Below, one piece after another: positions 36,999 through 46,611 of a stretch of DNA of 64,000 nt (position 1 is the stretch's first letter; every line of letters starts with the position of its first letter). The position numbers were made by a program, and so were the translations under genes. The notes below the pieces were generated by a model. It was not told where the DNA came from. It searched no databases and was given only the letters and a program-made list of their open reading frames with translations. The DNA is from Kiritimatiellia bacterium (GTDB taxonomy: Bacteria; Verrucomicrobiota; Kiritimatiellia; RFP12; UBA1067): contig JAFXXW010000010.1 of NCBI GenBank assembly GCA_017542055.1, forward strand, positions 11,438 through 75,437, read 5' to 3'.

Positions 36999-38344
36999 AC
37001 AAGTACGCTACCAGACTCAGGAACGGAAAAGACGTGGCCGCGTTGTTGGAGGCGGACCCGAGAGACTTCCAGGTGTTGTCGATGCCGATCGACGGGGTGC
37101 GGTTCGATCGGCGCATGCTGGAGTTGATGGACTCCGACCACGACGGACGCATCCGGGTGGCGGAAGTGCTGGGCGCCATCCGCTTTCTCCTGGATCGGGG
37201 CGTGGATCTGGAGACGCTCTTCGCGCCGGACGAGGCGGACCGGACGAGACTTGACGAGCTCGTGAAGCACCAGCCGCCCACGCCCGAACCCACCAAGGCG
37301 CAACAGGCGGTTTGGGCGGCCGAGTCGATTCTGGACCGGTATTTCGCGGTACCGGAAGATCTGCCGCTAGTCATGGAGACGCCCGACCGTCCTTTGCCGT
37401 TGGGGGCCGATCTCAATCCGCGCTTCGCTCCGGCGATCCGCAATCTGGTGGAGGAGTGCGGACTCGCGGACCGGACGGAACTCAAGCGCGAAGACTGGGC
37501 CAAGCTCAAGGCCGCACATCCGCATCTGCCGCCCGCGCCCAAGCCGGACGAAAACGAAGAGCGGATTCTCCGCTACAAGCTCAATCTCCTGGAGCTGCTG
37601 CAGAACTTCATCAACATGAAAAAGCTCTACACCAAGGGCGAGTGGGCGATTTTCCAGACCGGCACCTTGCGCATCGCCGCGCGGGAGATGCGGCTATGCT
37701 TCCATGTGGACAACGTGGGGGCGCATGCGGCGTTGGCGGACAAGTCGAATTGCTGCGTGATTTATCTCGCGCTCAAGCGTCCGGGCGAGGGCAAGGAGCG
37801 GACGATTTGCGCGGTTGTCACGGCCGGAGCCATTTCGGGTCTGTATGTGGGGAGGAACGGCGTGTTCCAGGATCGAGACGGACAGGATTGGGAGGCGGTT
37901 GTCACCAAAGTGGTGGAAGCGCAAGTGTCGCTGTGGGAGGCGTTCTGGTCGCCTTGGCGCAAGGTTGGCGAGGGCATCGCCGACGCGGTCAAGAAGTTCA
38001 TGGGCGACAAGCAGTCCAAGGCGCTCGGCAACGTAAACCAAACCAATACCGCCAACAGCGGCGCAGCGTTGGCCAGCAGCGTGGCGGCCATCGGCATCGG
38101 AATCGGCATGGTGGGCGCGGCGTTCGCCAGCATCATGGCGGCCATCGGCAGCCTGCCGGCTTGGAAGATCGCGCTCGGGGTGGTGATGATCGTCCTTTTG
38201 GTGTCGGTGCCGAGCATGGTCCTTTGCTGGTTCAAACTCCGCAAACGCGATTTGGGCGCCATCCTCAACGCTTCGGGCTGGGCCGTCAACCGGCCCATGC
38301 GCATGTCGACGCTGCTGGCCAAAAGTTTCACTCGCGTCCGGTAA
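36995..38344 (+). CDS. hypothetical membrane protein with a canonical EF-hand loop
   Basis: DSDHDGRIRVAE (nt 37130-37165) fits DxDxDGxIxxxE. Two C-terminal TM helices. ATGA overlap with rarA; uvrB starts directly after its stop. Confidence 0.7.
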   Translation: MNKYATRLRNGKDVAALLEADPRDFQVLSMPIDGVRFDRRMLELMDSDHDGRIRVAEVLGAIRFLLDRGVDLETLFAPDEADRTRLDELVKHQPPTPEPTKAQQAVWAAESILDRYFAVPEDLPLVMETPDRPLPLGADLNPRFAPAIRNLVEECGLADRTELKREDWAKLKAAHPHLPPAPKPDENEERILRYKLNLLELLQNFINMKKLYTKGEWAIFQTGTLRIAAREMRLCFHVDNVGAHAALADKSNCCVIYLALKRPGEGKERTICAVVTAGAISGLYVGRNGVFQDRDGQDWEAVVTKVVEAQVSLWEAFWSPWRKVGEGIADAVKKFMGDKQSKALGNVNQTNTANSGAALASSVAAIGIGIGMVGAAFASIMAAIGSLPAWKIALGVVMIVLLVSVPSMVLCWFKLRKRDLGAILNASGWAVNRPMRMSTLLAKSFTRVR

Positions 38345-40318
38345 ATGGAAAGTCGCTTCAAGCTCCATAGCGCCTTCAAGCCCACCGGCGACCAGCCGGA
38401 AGCCATCCAGGCGCTGTACGAAGGGCTCAAAAAGGGCGACAACCGGCTCGTGTTGCAGGGCGTGACGGGGTCGGGCAAGACGTTCACTTTGGCCAACCTG
38501 ATCCAAAAATGGAACCGGCCCACGCTGATCCTGTCGCACAACAAGACTTTGGCGGCGCAGCTCTTCGCGGAGCTGAAGGAGTTTTTTCCAGAGAACGCGG
38601 TAGAGTATTTCATCAGCTATTACGACTACTACCAGCCCGAAGCCTACATTCCCCAGACCGACACCTACATCGAAAAAGACGCGTCCATCAACGAGGAGAT
38701 CGAGCGGTATCGGCTCGCGGCCACGAATGCGCTCATCGCGCGCAAGGACGTGATCGTGGTGTCGTCCGTGAGTTGCATCTACGGCTTGGGCGAGTCGGAC
38801 GAATACCGTAATCTGGCGGTAGGTTTCAAGGTGGGGGAGCAACTTGGGCGCGGCAAATTGATCGAGCGGCTCGTCGAGGCGCAGTACGTGCGCAACCAGC
38901 TGGGTTTCGAGCCGGGCGTTTTCCGGGTCAAGGGGGACGTGATCGACATTTTCCCCGCGTACGAGACGAAGGCGGTGCGGGTGGAGTTTTTCGGGGACGA
39001 GATCGATCGCATCTGCGAGCTCGACCCCTTGACCGGCAAGTGCGGAGTCAAGATGCCGGCCTATGTGGTGACGCCGGCCAAGCAGTTCGTGATGGGCAAG
39101 GACAAGTTCGAGGCGGCGTTCAAACGGATCGAGGCGGAACTAGCCGAGAGGCTCAAGTTTTTCGAAGGGAAGGGCAAGCTCCTCGAGGCGCAGCGACTTA
39201 AAGAACGCACCGAATACGACATCGAAATGATGCGCGAACTCGGCTACTGCAACGGCATCGAAAACTATTCCCGTCCCTTGACCGGACGCCAGCCCGGATC
39301 GGCCGGCGAGTGCCTCATCGATTATTTCCCGGACGATTTCCTGACTATCATCGACGAAAGCCACGTGAGCGTGCCGCAACTCCGGGCCATGTACAACGGC
39401 GACCAGGCGCGCAAGCAGATGCTGGTGGATTACGGTTTCCGGCTGCCGAGCGCCAAGGACAACCGACCCTTGAAGTTCGAGGAGTTCAACGGGAAAGTCC
39501 ATCAAATCGTCTACTGCTCCGCCACGCCGGGCGCGTTCGAGTATTCCGAGGCCCAAACGATCGCCGAGCAGGTGATCCGTCCGACGGGGTTGTTGGATCC
39601 GGTGGTGGAGATTCGCCCCTTGAAGAACCAGATCGATGATCTGATCGCGGAGATCCGCCAAACCGTCGAGGCGGGGGACCGGGTGTTCGTGACCACGCTG
39701 ACCAAGAAGAGTTCGGAAGATCTGACGGACTATCTGCACAATCTGGGCATCCGGGTGGAGTATCTCCATTCCGACATCGACGCCATCGAGCGCGTAGCCA
39801 TCTTGCAGCGGCTGCGGAAAGGGGAGTTCGACGTACTGGTGGGCATCAATCTGTTGCGCGAGGGTCTGGACCTCCCGGAAGTGGCGTTGGTTGCCATTCT
39901 CGACGCCGACAAGGAAGGGTTCTTGCGCTCCACCACCTCGCTGGTGCAGACGGCAGGGCGAACCGCCCGGCATGTGAAGGGCAGGGTGATTTTGTATGCC
40001 GACCACGAGACCGAGGCCATCAAAGACCTCGTAAGGATTACCCGGCATCATCGCGACAAACAGATCGCCTACAACGAGGCGCACGGCATCACGCCTAGGA
40101 GCGTCAAGCGCGCCATCAACGAAAGTTCGTATCTCTTCGGCAAGGAGAAGTCGGTCGATACGTCTAAGCCGGTCTATGCGATGGCCGGGAGCAAAGAAGA
40201 TATTATCGCCGAAATGACCCGCGACATGCTGGAGGCGGCCGACAAGCTGGAATTCGAGCGGGCCGCGTTCCTGCGCGACCAGATCAAGCGTTTTAAGCAG
40301 GGGAAGGGTGCCGGTTAA
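38345..40318 (+). CDS. uvrB: excinuclease ABC subunit B
   Basis: GVTGSGKTFTLANLI, DESHV, helicase motifs and the C-terminal UVR domain (LEFERAAFLRDQIKRF). Confidence 0.96.
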   Translation: MESRFKLHSAFKPTGDQPEAIQALYEGLKKGDNRLVLQGVTGSGKTFTLANLIQKWNRPTLILSHNKTLAAQLFAELKEFFPENAVEYFISYYDYYQPEAYIPQTDTYIEKDASINEEIERYRLAATNALIARKDVIVVSSVSCIYGLGESDEYRNLAVGFKVGEQLGRGKLIERLVEAQYVRNQLGFEPGVFRVKGDVIDIFPAYETKAVRVEFFGDEIDRICELDPLTGKCGVKMPAYVVTPAKQFVMGKDKFEAAFKRIEAELAERLKFFEGKGKLLEAQRLKERTEYDIEMMRELGYCNGIENYSRPLTGRQPGSAGECLIDYFPDDFLTIIDESHVSVPQLRAMYNGDQARKQMLVDYGFRLPSAKDNRPLKFEEFNGKVHQIVYCSATPGAFEYSEAQTIAEQVIRPTGLLDPVVEIRPLKNQIDDLIAEIRQTVEAGDRVFVTTLTKKSSEDLTDYLHNLGIRVEYLHSDIDAIERVAILQRLRKGEFDVLVGINLLREGLDLPEVALVAILDADKEGFLRSTTSLVQTAGRTARHVKGRVILYADHETEAIKDLVRITRHHRDKQIAYNEAHGITPRSVKRAINESSYLFGKEKSVDTSKPVYAMAGSKEDIIAEMTRDMLEAADKLEFERAAFLRDQIKRFKQGKGAG

Positions 40319-41205
40319 TCCAACGGCACGCGCCACTTGGCGTCGCCGTCCGACAATTTGAGCGGCATTTCGTAAGCGCCAGCCTCGTCTTCGGCTTCGT
40401 TATCGTCCTCTTCGTCGAAATACGTGACGGCAGGCAGATCGTCGTCATCCTCGTCGGCTTCGGACTTTTCCAGGATTTCGTCCACTTCCTTGAGGAGCTG
40501 CGCCAGTTCCGTTTCCGACATCGAAGTGCGCGGTTTGGCCGGGGCGGCTACCGGCTGGGGCGCTACCGGAGCCGGGGCAGGGGGCTGAACGGGAGCGACA
40601 GCCGGAGCGGGTTGCTCGCCGGCCGCTTCCGCATCGAGCCGGGCATAATATTCCGGATAGAGGCGACGGCGATGACGTTCGATCTCTTCCTGGCGTTTGC
40701 GTTCGTTCTCTTCCGCGATCCGACGGCGCTCTTCGGCGATGCGGCGCTGACGTTCCTCCTCCTGACGCTGCCGTTCCGCTTCCTGGCGCTTCAGATCGTC
40801 CGCCTCCTGTGCCTTCCGGGCGATTTCCTGCTGCTGCTCGGCCAATTGGCGCTGCAACGCGGCAAGCGCTTCGGTCATGGCCTTGAGTTCCGCGTTTTCG
40901 GCTGGCGGCGCGGGAACCTGCGGCTGCTGGACGATTACCGGAGCTTGTTGCTGCTGGGTGCGTTCGCGCATGGCAAACTCGATCAGCCGATCGTTGAGCT
41001 GCTGGTTGCGGGTGGTCATCGACATCATCATGGTGATGAAGAGAATCACCACCATCATCATCAGCACCGTAAAGAAGATGCACAGCCCCAGCATCCGCTT
41101 GCGGGCCTTGTTCTGTTCTTCGTTGATGAACTGCTGGAAGGCCTTGAGCACGGGGAATTCTTCGCTGAAATCTCCCTGATAGACGGCTACTTGGTTATTC
41201 TCCAT
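40315..41205 (-). CDS. hypothetical single-pass membrane protein with Glu/Arg-rich coiled coil and Pro/Ala-rich, acidic C-terminus
   Basis: TM LGLCIFFTVLMMMVVILFITMMM, then QEAERQRQEEERQRRIAEERRRIAEENERKRQEE. The 3' end overlaps the uvrB 3' end by 4 nt (convergent). Confidence 0.68.
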   Translation of the reverse strand: MENNQVAVYQGDFSEEFPVLKAFQQFINEEQNKARKRMLGLCIFFTVLMMMVVILFITMMMSMTTRNQQLNDRLIEFAMRERTQQQQAPVIVQQPQVPAPPAENAELKAMTEALAALQRQLAEQQQEIARKAQEADDLKRQEAERQRQEEERQRRIAEERRRIAEENERKRQEEIERHRRRLYPEYYARLDAEAAGEQPAPAVAPVQPPAPAPVAPQPVAAPAKPRTSMSETELAQLLKEVDEILEKSEADEDDDDLPAVTYFDEEDDNEAEDEAGAYEMPLKLSDGDAKWRVPLD

Positions 41206-41250
41206 AACGGATGCTCCTGTGTTTAGTTCTCATAAGACGGCTTAGACGGG

Positions 41251-42708
41251 TTAGGGCTTGGACTCCAAAATTCCAATCGAAACTGCTTCCTCGATGCGTC
41301 GGGACATCCATCCGCTCCGCAACAGCGACTTCGTCTTGCTGGTTTTGTTCTTTTCCAGTTTGGACTGCTCCACCAGATCGGCGATCACCGAATAGGCGCC
41401 GGTCTTGTCGGAATGTTTGAGCCCGATGCCGTAATAAAGCGAAAACGCATAGATGAAACCGGCTTCGAGATTGCCTTGATTGTACGCCAGCTTCAACATG
41501 TCCGTGCCTTTGGCCAAATTGGCTTGCATCTGTCCGGACGTGACGCCCAGGAAAATACACGCGCCAACTTCGCCGCAAGCATCGGGAATTTTGCGTCGCG
41601 TCAGACTCTGCATCGTGTCGAAGCCGTCCATGAAGCCAGGTGGCACCGCCAGCCTACAGCCTTCCTGGCGCGACTTCCGAACGGCGGTCGGACGCGACAA
41701 AGTGGAAATCTTGCCGCCCATCTTCGCCATGTCCTTGCTGAAATCCACGTTGATGTACGTGTAGCCGGTTTCGTTGAGACCATTGCCGCAGCAACCCGAC
41801 GGCTGCACCCGGATGCCGCCTACTTTGCCCGAAATCGACTCGACCGCCCTTACGCGCGCCACCGGACCCGAAGCCGCCAATTTGGCATCCGTCAAGGCGT
41901 TCAGCTTTTGCGCGAGCGGAGTCAAAACCGACCCGCCCATTTGCGAAAGCGCATCGAAATACTTGATTTTGTCGCTCTGGCTTTCGTCGGCCGCGAGACC
42001 GGTAGAGCCCGTTCCTAGCAACAAAAGTGCCAAAAGGGCTTTGGCCAACATGCACTTGACCGACTTGCTGCCTATCCCCAGCCGGTCCACCCCCATCGAC
42101 AGCAACTCGAGCGCCTGTTCGCGCGTCCGGATTTGGCCGCTGGCCTTAACCTTGCATTTGCCTCGCGCCGCCTTAAGCATCACCGCCACTTTGGATGGAG
42201 ACGCGCCTACCGCTTCGGGCGAGGCGTAAAAGCCGGTGCTGGTCTTGACGAAATCCGCCCCGGCCGCGATCGCGCAGTCGCAACCTTGACGGATCTGTTC
42301 GTCGTTCAAGGCATCGGTTTCAAGAATCACCTTAAGCGACTTGCCGTTTTCGCGCACGGCCTTCACGCATTCGACCATATCTTGCGTCACTTCGTCCAGC
42401 AACCCTTCCCGGAGCTTGCCGTACTGGCAGACGATATCGATTTCCTTGACGGCGTCGAACTTGGCCACCGACCGGATCTGCGCCACCCGGCTTTCGGTGG
42501 ACGATGCGCCGAAGGGAAAATCGACGACCGGACAGATCGAGGTGGATTTTCCCGCGACGATAGGCGAGAGGCATGCGCAATAGGCGGGATTGACGCACAC
42601 GGTGGCGCACCCGAGCTCGACCGCCCTCTTCGCCTCCTCCGCGATTTCGGACGGGGTCAGTTCCGGATTCAACACCGCATAATCGATATAGGCCGCCAGT
42701 TTGTCCAT
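41251..42708 (-). CDS. deoC: deoxyribose-phosphate aldolase domain fused in frame to a signal-peptide/Sel1-like domain
   Basis: aa 1-215 are DeoC-like (DFVKTSTGF Schiff-base Lys; KASGQIRT). There is no stop before an in-frame ATG at 42051 (MLAKALLALLLLGTGSTGLAA), which opens a 267-aa region with a Sel1-like repeat (GNLEAGFIYAFSLYYGIG). Confidence 0.78.
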   Translation of the reverse strand: MDKLAAYIDYAVLNPELTPSEIAEEAKRAVELGCATVCVNPAYCACLSPIVAGKSTSICPVVDFPFGASSTESRVAQIRSVAKFDAVKEIDIVCQYGKLREGLLDEVTQDMVECVKAVRENGKSLKVILETDALNDEQIRQGCDCAIAAGADFVKTSTGFYASPEAVGASPSKVAVMLKAARGKCKVKASGQIRTREQALELLSMGVDRLGIGSKSVKCMLAKALLALLLLGTGSTGLAADESQSDKIKYFDALSQMGGSVLTPLAQKLNALTDAKLAASGPVARVRAVESISGKVGGIRVQPSGCCGNGLNETGYTYINVDFSKDMAKMGGKISTLSRPTAVRKSRQEGCRLAVPPGFMDGFDTMQSLTRRKIPDACGEVGACIFLGVTSGQMQANLAKGTDMLKLAYNQGNLEAGFIYAFSLYYGIGLKHSDKTGAYSVIADLVEQSKLEKNKTSKTKSLLRSGWMSRRIEEAVSIGILESKP

Positions 42709-42709
42709 C

Positions 42710-43372
42710 TTACCTTCCCATCACGTACCACAACACGCAGAAGAAATGGCAGATGCTGCCTGCCAGCACGAAAAGATGCCACACCATGTGCGCGTACGGG
42801 AGCGACTTCCAGAGATAGAACACGCACCCGATGGTGTACGCCAGGCCGCCCGTCGCGAGCCACATCGTCCCCAGCCCGGTCAGCCCTTTCACCAACGGCA
42901 CGATCGCCGCCAAGGCCATCCAGCCCATCGCCACGTACGCCAAAGTGGACACCACGCGGAATTTGCCGGTAGTGAACACCTTGAAACTCGTGCCGATCAA
43001 GGTGGCGCCCCATTCCACGCCGAAAATGGTCCACGCGAGTCCCGGATGTTCGGGTCGCAGCGTCACCAGGCAAAACGGCGTGTAGCACCCCGCGATCAGG
43101 AAGTAGATGGCGCTATGGTCCATCACGTGCATGATCCGTTTGGCGGTAGCGTTGCGTACGCTGTGGTACGTGCCGGAAATCACGTACATGAGAATGAGAC
43201 TCGCCCCCATGATCGAGGCGCTCGTGACCTTCCACCCCACGTCCACGCCGCTTTGGCACCCTTCCCAAATCATCAGCGCGGTGGCGGCCGCGCTCAAGTG
43301 CGACCCCACGAAATGGGTGACGGCGTGGGAAATTTCTTCGCCGTCGGTATATTGGCGAACGGTTTTTCTCAT
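42710..43372 (-). CDS. hemolysin III / PAQR-family membrane protein
   Basis: EEISHAVTH..., YFLIAGCYTP, HMVWHLFVLAGSICHF; 7 TM. ATG at 43372 inside track ORF 42710..43609. Confidence 0.87.
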   Translation of the reverse strand: MRKTVRQYTDGEEISHAVTHFVGSHLSAAATALMIWEGCQSGVDVGWKVTSASIMGASLILMYVISGTYHSVRNATAKRIMHVMDHSAIYFLIAGCYTPFCLVTLRPEHPGLAWTIFGVEWGATLIGTSFKVFTTGKFRVVSTLAYVAMGWMALAAIVPLVKGLTGLGTMWLATGGLAYTIGCVFYLWKSLPYAHMVWHLFVLAGSICHFFCVLWYVMGR

Positions 43373-43677
43373 GGCAGCGTATCGATCGTCGGACGGTTGG
43401 CGATTTCCAGAATCCGGTCGAGCTTGTCTTCGATCCGGTCGAGCTTCCGGTCCATCGCGTCGATGCGGAAATAGACTTCTTCTACCTTTCCGTCCACCTG
43501 GTCCACCTTTTCGTCCACCCCGTCCACTTTGACGTTGATGGCAGCCGCCTCCCGGTCGATCTGGCGCTCCAGCCGCCAATGCGACACGCCGTCGTTGAAG
43601 AAATACCACAACGCCGCCAACGCGCCGATCACGCCGAGATCCCGTACGAGCCGGCCGAATGCTTTTTTAACGTTCAT
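43369..43677 (-). CDS. small N-terminally anchored coiled-coil protein
   Basis: TM LGVIGALAALWYFF, then VDGVDEKVDQVDGKVEEV...LDRIEDKLDRILEI. ATGA coupling to the downstream hlyIII-like gene. Confidence 0.55.
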   Translation of the reverse strand: MNVKKAFGRLVRDLGVIGALAALWYFFNDGVSHWRLERQIDREAAAINVKVDGVDEKVDQVDGKVEEVYFRIDAMDRKLDRIEDKLDRILEIANRPTIDTLP

Positions 43678-45316
43678 CCAATGCCCCCTGATAGACTCCC
43701 CGCTTGATTTTCATGGTGCCCGTACGTTCCAGCGGATCGAAACGCACGTCGTATTTGCGCGGTTGCTTGTAGTCCGCCACGCTTGCCCGGCAGACGCCCT
43801 GCGCATACTCCACGATAAAAGCCGTCAAATCCTCGCGCGTCATCAGCTTCTGCTTGAGATGCGCCTTGACCGCGTCTTCGTCCGGCACGATAATGGCCCC
43901 GATATGCTCGCCCACGTCGTTCCCCACGTGATAGCCGATCACGATCGCGTCCTTGATGAGCGGGGCGTGCTCCAACGCGTGCTCGATCTCTTCCGGGTAG
44001 ATGTTCTTGCCCTCGCGATTGACGATCAGCGCCTTGCTCCGTCCGCAGATCTTGATGTTGCCGTCCACGATCTTGACGATGTCGCCCGTCTTGTAAAAGC
44101 CCTCTTCGTCGAACGCTTCGGCGGTCTGTTCCGGATTGTGCCAGTAGCCGCGCATCACGTTGTCGCCCTTGACGAGCAGCTCGCCCGCGCCGTTGTCGTC
44201 CAGCTGTCCGAGCTTCCATTCCATGCCGTCCAGCACCGGACCCACCGTGCCCGGCACGAAGTTTTCCGGATCCGGATACGCCACGCCCGGCGAGCATTCG
44301 GTGATGCCGTACCCTTCCAGCACGAAGAGTCCGATCTTGCGGAAGCCCTCCAAGGTTTCGATGGCGGTAGGCGCCCCGCCGATACCGATAAGCCGCATCC
44401 GTCCGCCAAACCGCTCCACGATCAGTTTGGCGATGAGTTTGCGCGAATACTTGAGCTTGAAGAGTCCCGTCGCGATCACCGAATTGCTGATCTTCTGCTC
44501 GATCCGTCCGTAGAGCTTTTCCGCCAACAGCGGCACCGCCAGGAGAATCGTGGGCCGGATTTCCATCATGTCGTCGGCGATCGTCCGCAAAGTGCGCATG
44601 AACCCTACCGTCGCGCCCACCTTGACCGGCAACAGGAAGTTGCCCAGGAAGGAAAACGCATGGAACAGCGGCAGCACGTTGAGGAAGACGTCCTCGTGAT
44701 ACATCTTGACGCGCTTCAGGGTCTGCTCCACGTTGGCCGTAAAGCACTTGTGGGTGAGCATGGCGCCTTTGGGCCGGCCGGTAGTGCCGCTAGTGTAGAT
44801 GAGCGAAGCGAGATCCTCCTCGCCGGGACCGCGCTCCCTAAGCCATTCTTCCGCCATCCGCGCCGCTTCGGGTTTGACCATATCGATGACGTCCGAGGGA
44901 TCATCGATCTTCACGATCGGATATTCGCCCTCGACGGAAGTGGCTTCCACCACCACGCCCAACTGTTTGCCGCCACAGAAAATCGCCTTGGCGCCCGAAT
45001 CCGCAAGAATATGATGCACCTCGCCCGCGCGCAGTTTGGGGTCGATCGGCACCACCACGAAGCCCGCTCCGGTGATGGCCAGATACAGCAACTGCCAGTC
45101 CGGCGAATTCTCCATCATGATCGCCACGCGCGGCTGCACGCCTGCTTCGTCGCGTCCGCCCAGATTGAGCCGCTGCACGATAGATGCCGCCTTGAGCATC
45201 CGTTCGTGCGCTTCCCGATAGGTGCGTCCCGTCCACGCCGAGCCGTCGTAATAGCGTTGGAAAATCGAATCCGGAAATTCCCGCACCGTTTTTTCGAACA
45301 TTTCGCGAATGGTCAT
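43667..45316 (-). CDS. AMP-dependent synthetase/ligase (long-chain acyl-CoA synthetase-like)
   Basis: LIYTSGTTGRPKGAMLTH, EGYGITEC, YKTGDIV, GTMKIKR. ATG 45316 (MTIREMFEKTV) is in frame within track ORF 43667..46234. Confidence 0.9.
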   Translation of the reverse strand: MTIREMFEKTVREFPDSIFQRYYDGSAWTGRTYREAHERMLKAASIVQRLNLGGRDEAGVQPRVAIMMENSPDWQLLYLAITGAGFVVVPIDPKLRAGEVHHILADSGAKAIFCGGKQLGVVVEATSVEGEYPIVKIDDPSDVIDMVKPEAARMAEEWLRERGPGEEDLASLIYTSGTTGRPKGAMLTHKCFTANVEQTLKRVKMYHEDVFLNVLPLFHAFSFLGNFLLPVKVGATVGFMRTLRTIADDMMEIRPTILLAVPLLAEKLYGRIEQKISNSVIATGLFKLKYSRKLIAKLIVERFGGRMRLIGIGGAPTAIETLEGFRKIGLFVLEGYGITECSPGVAYPDPENFVPGTVGPVLDGMEWKLGQLDDNGAGELLVKGDNVMRGYWHNPEQTAEAFDEEGFYKTGDIVKIVDGNIKICGRSKALIVNREGKNIYPEEIEHALEHAPLIKDAIVIGYHVGNDVGEHIGAIIVPDEDAVKAHLKQKLMTREDLTAFIVEYAQGVCRASVADYKQPRKYDVRFDPLERTGTMKIKRGVYQGALDER

Positions 45317-46611
45317 TTTATCTCCTCCTTGGTGCCTTCGAGGCGACTCTTTTCCCCGCAAAATCCCATCAGGTGCGATTCCACGCTCTCGTCGATCGAC
45401 GAGGTGAGCACGCCGAAATCGTCCCGGTCCACCGCCTCCAGCAAATCGCGGATAAGCGCCAGATCCCCGCCCGCGTGGCCGCTGTCCTTGTAGTTCGCCA
45501 GCTCGCTCGCGTCGAAATCCCACTTGCTCTCCTTGCCCGTCCGGAACTCGTGCACCGTAAACGACTTGCCGTCTCCCTCGATGTAGCCCAAAGTCCCCAT
45601 CACCCGGGTTTTCCGGCCGCCCCAAGGCGTGAACGCGTCCATCGTGAAGCTGGCCGTAGCGCCGCCCTCGAAGACGAGCGTATGGACGAGATGGTCGGGT
45701 TGGTCGTTGTCCATATCGTATACGCAACGTCCGTAATCGGTGGTCCGGAGTTTTTCCAGGATCGCCTCGGACGGACAATCGCGCTTCAGATCGAACACGT
45801 ACAGGAACCAACGTTTGCGTTCGTAGATGTCGAGCGCCGAATAGGGACACGTCGCCTCGTGCGGGCACCCGTCCGTGCACCGGTGCGTGGCGCCTTGTGG
45901 CATGCGGTCGTGGCGGAACAGATAGACGCCCCCTTCCGTCGAAATCCTTTCGCACCGCTTGCCCACGAGCCACTTGAGGATATCCAGATCGTGGCAGGTC
46001 TTGGCGAGAATCATCGGCGTGGTGGCCTTGGAGTTGTGCCAGTTGCCGCGCACGAACGAATGCGCCATGTGCGCGTACATCACCGGCTCCATGTGCTGGA
46101 TGTTCACCACCTCGCCCACTTTGCCGTCCTGGATCGCCTGCTTGAGCGCGATGAAATACGGCGCGTACCGGAGCACGTGCCCCACCGCCACTTTGACTCC
46201 CGTCTCGTGCTGGCGTTCGCGCAACTTTAGACACTCTTCGCGCGTCCGGGCCATCGGTTTTTCGAGGAGGAGATGATACCCCTGGCGCATCGCCTCCATC
46301 GCCGGCTCGAAGTGGAGATCGTCCGGCAACCCGATGATCATGATGTCCGCGAGTTTTCCCTTCTTGCCCGCCTCCAGCATCTCGTGGAAGTCGCCGAAGC
46401 GCCTATCCTCCGGCACGTTCCACTCGTCCGCCAAAGTCCGGCACCGGTCGGGATTGATGTCGGATACCGCCACCACCTTCATCGTGCCGGGATAAAGCTT
46501 GCCGTACGCGGAATATTCCCTTCCGCGCGCCCCCGCCCCCATCACCGCTACCGTGAGTTCGCGCGAGGTGGAGATTTCCAGCGGTTTTACCGGATAGTCA
46601 AGCGTTTCCAT
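45313..46611 (-). CDS. Gfo/Idh/MocA-family oxidoreductase
   Basis: VAVMGAGARGREYS Rossmann motif and LLEKPMA. ATG 46611 (METLDYPV). Confidence 0.84.
   Translation of the reverse strand: METLDYPVKPLEISTSRELTVAVMGAGARGREYSAYGKLYPGTMKVVAVSDINPDRCRTLADEWNVPEDRRFGDFHEMLEAGKKGKLADIMIIGLPDDLHFEPAMEAMRQGYHLLLEKPMARTREECLKLRERQHETGVKVAVGHVLRYAPYFIALKQAIQDGKVGEVVNIQHMEPVMYAHMAHSFVRGNWHNSKATTPMILAKTCHDLDILKWLVGKRCERISTEGGVYLFRHDRMPQGATHRCTDGCPHEATCPYSALDIYERKRWFLYVFDLKRDCPSEAILEKLRTTDYGRCVYDMDNDQPDHLVHTLVFEGGATASFTMDAFTPWGGRKTRVMGTLGYIEGDGKSFTVHEFRTGKESKWDFDASELANYKDSGHAGGDLALIRDLLEAVDRDDFGVLTSSIDESVESHLMGFCGEKSRLEGTKEEIK

Noticed and set aside
45317-46234. N-terminal 306-aa extension of track ORF 43667..46234 (855 aa)
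   Set aside because: The extension overlaps the Gfo/Idh/MocA gene (45313..46611) in another frame and is Arg/Gly-rich. The AMP-ligase homology begins at MTIREMFEKTV (ATG 45316), which overlaps the upstream stop by ATGA.
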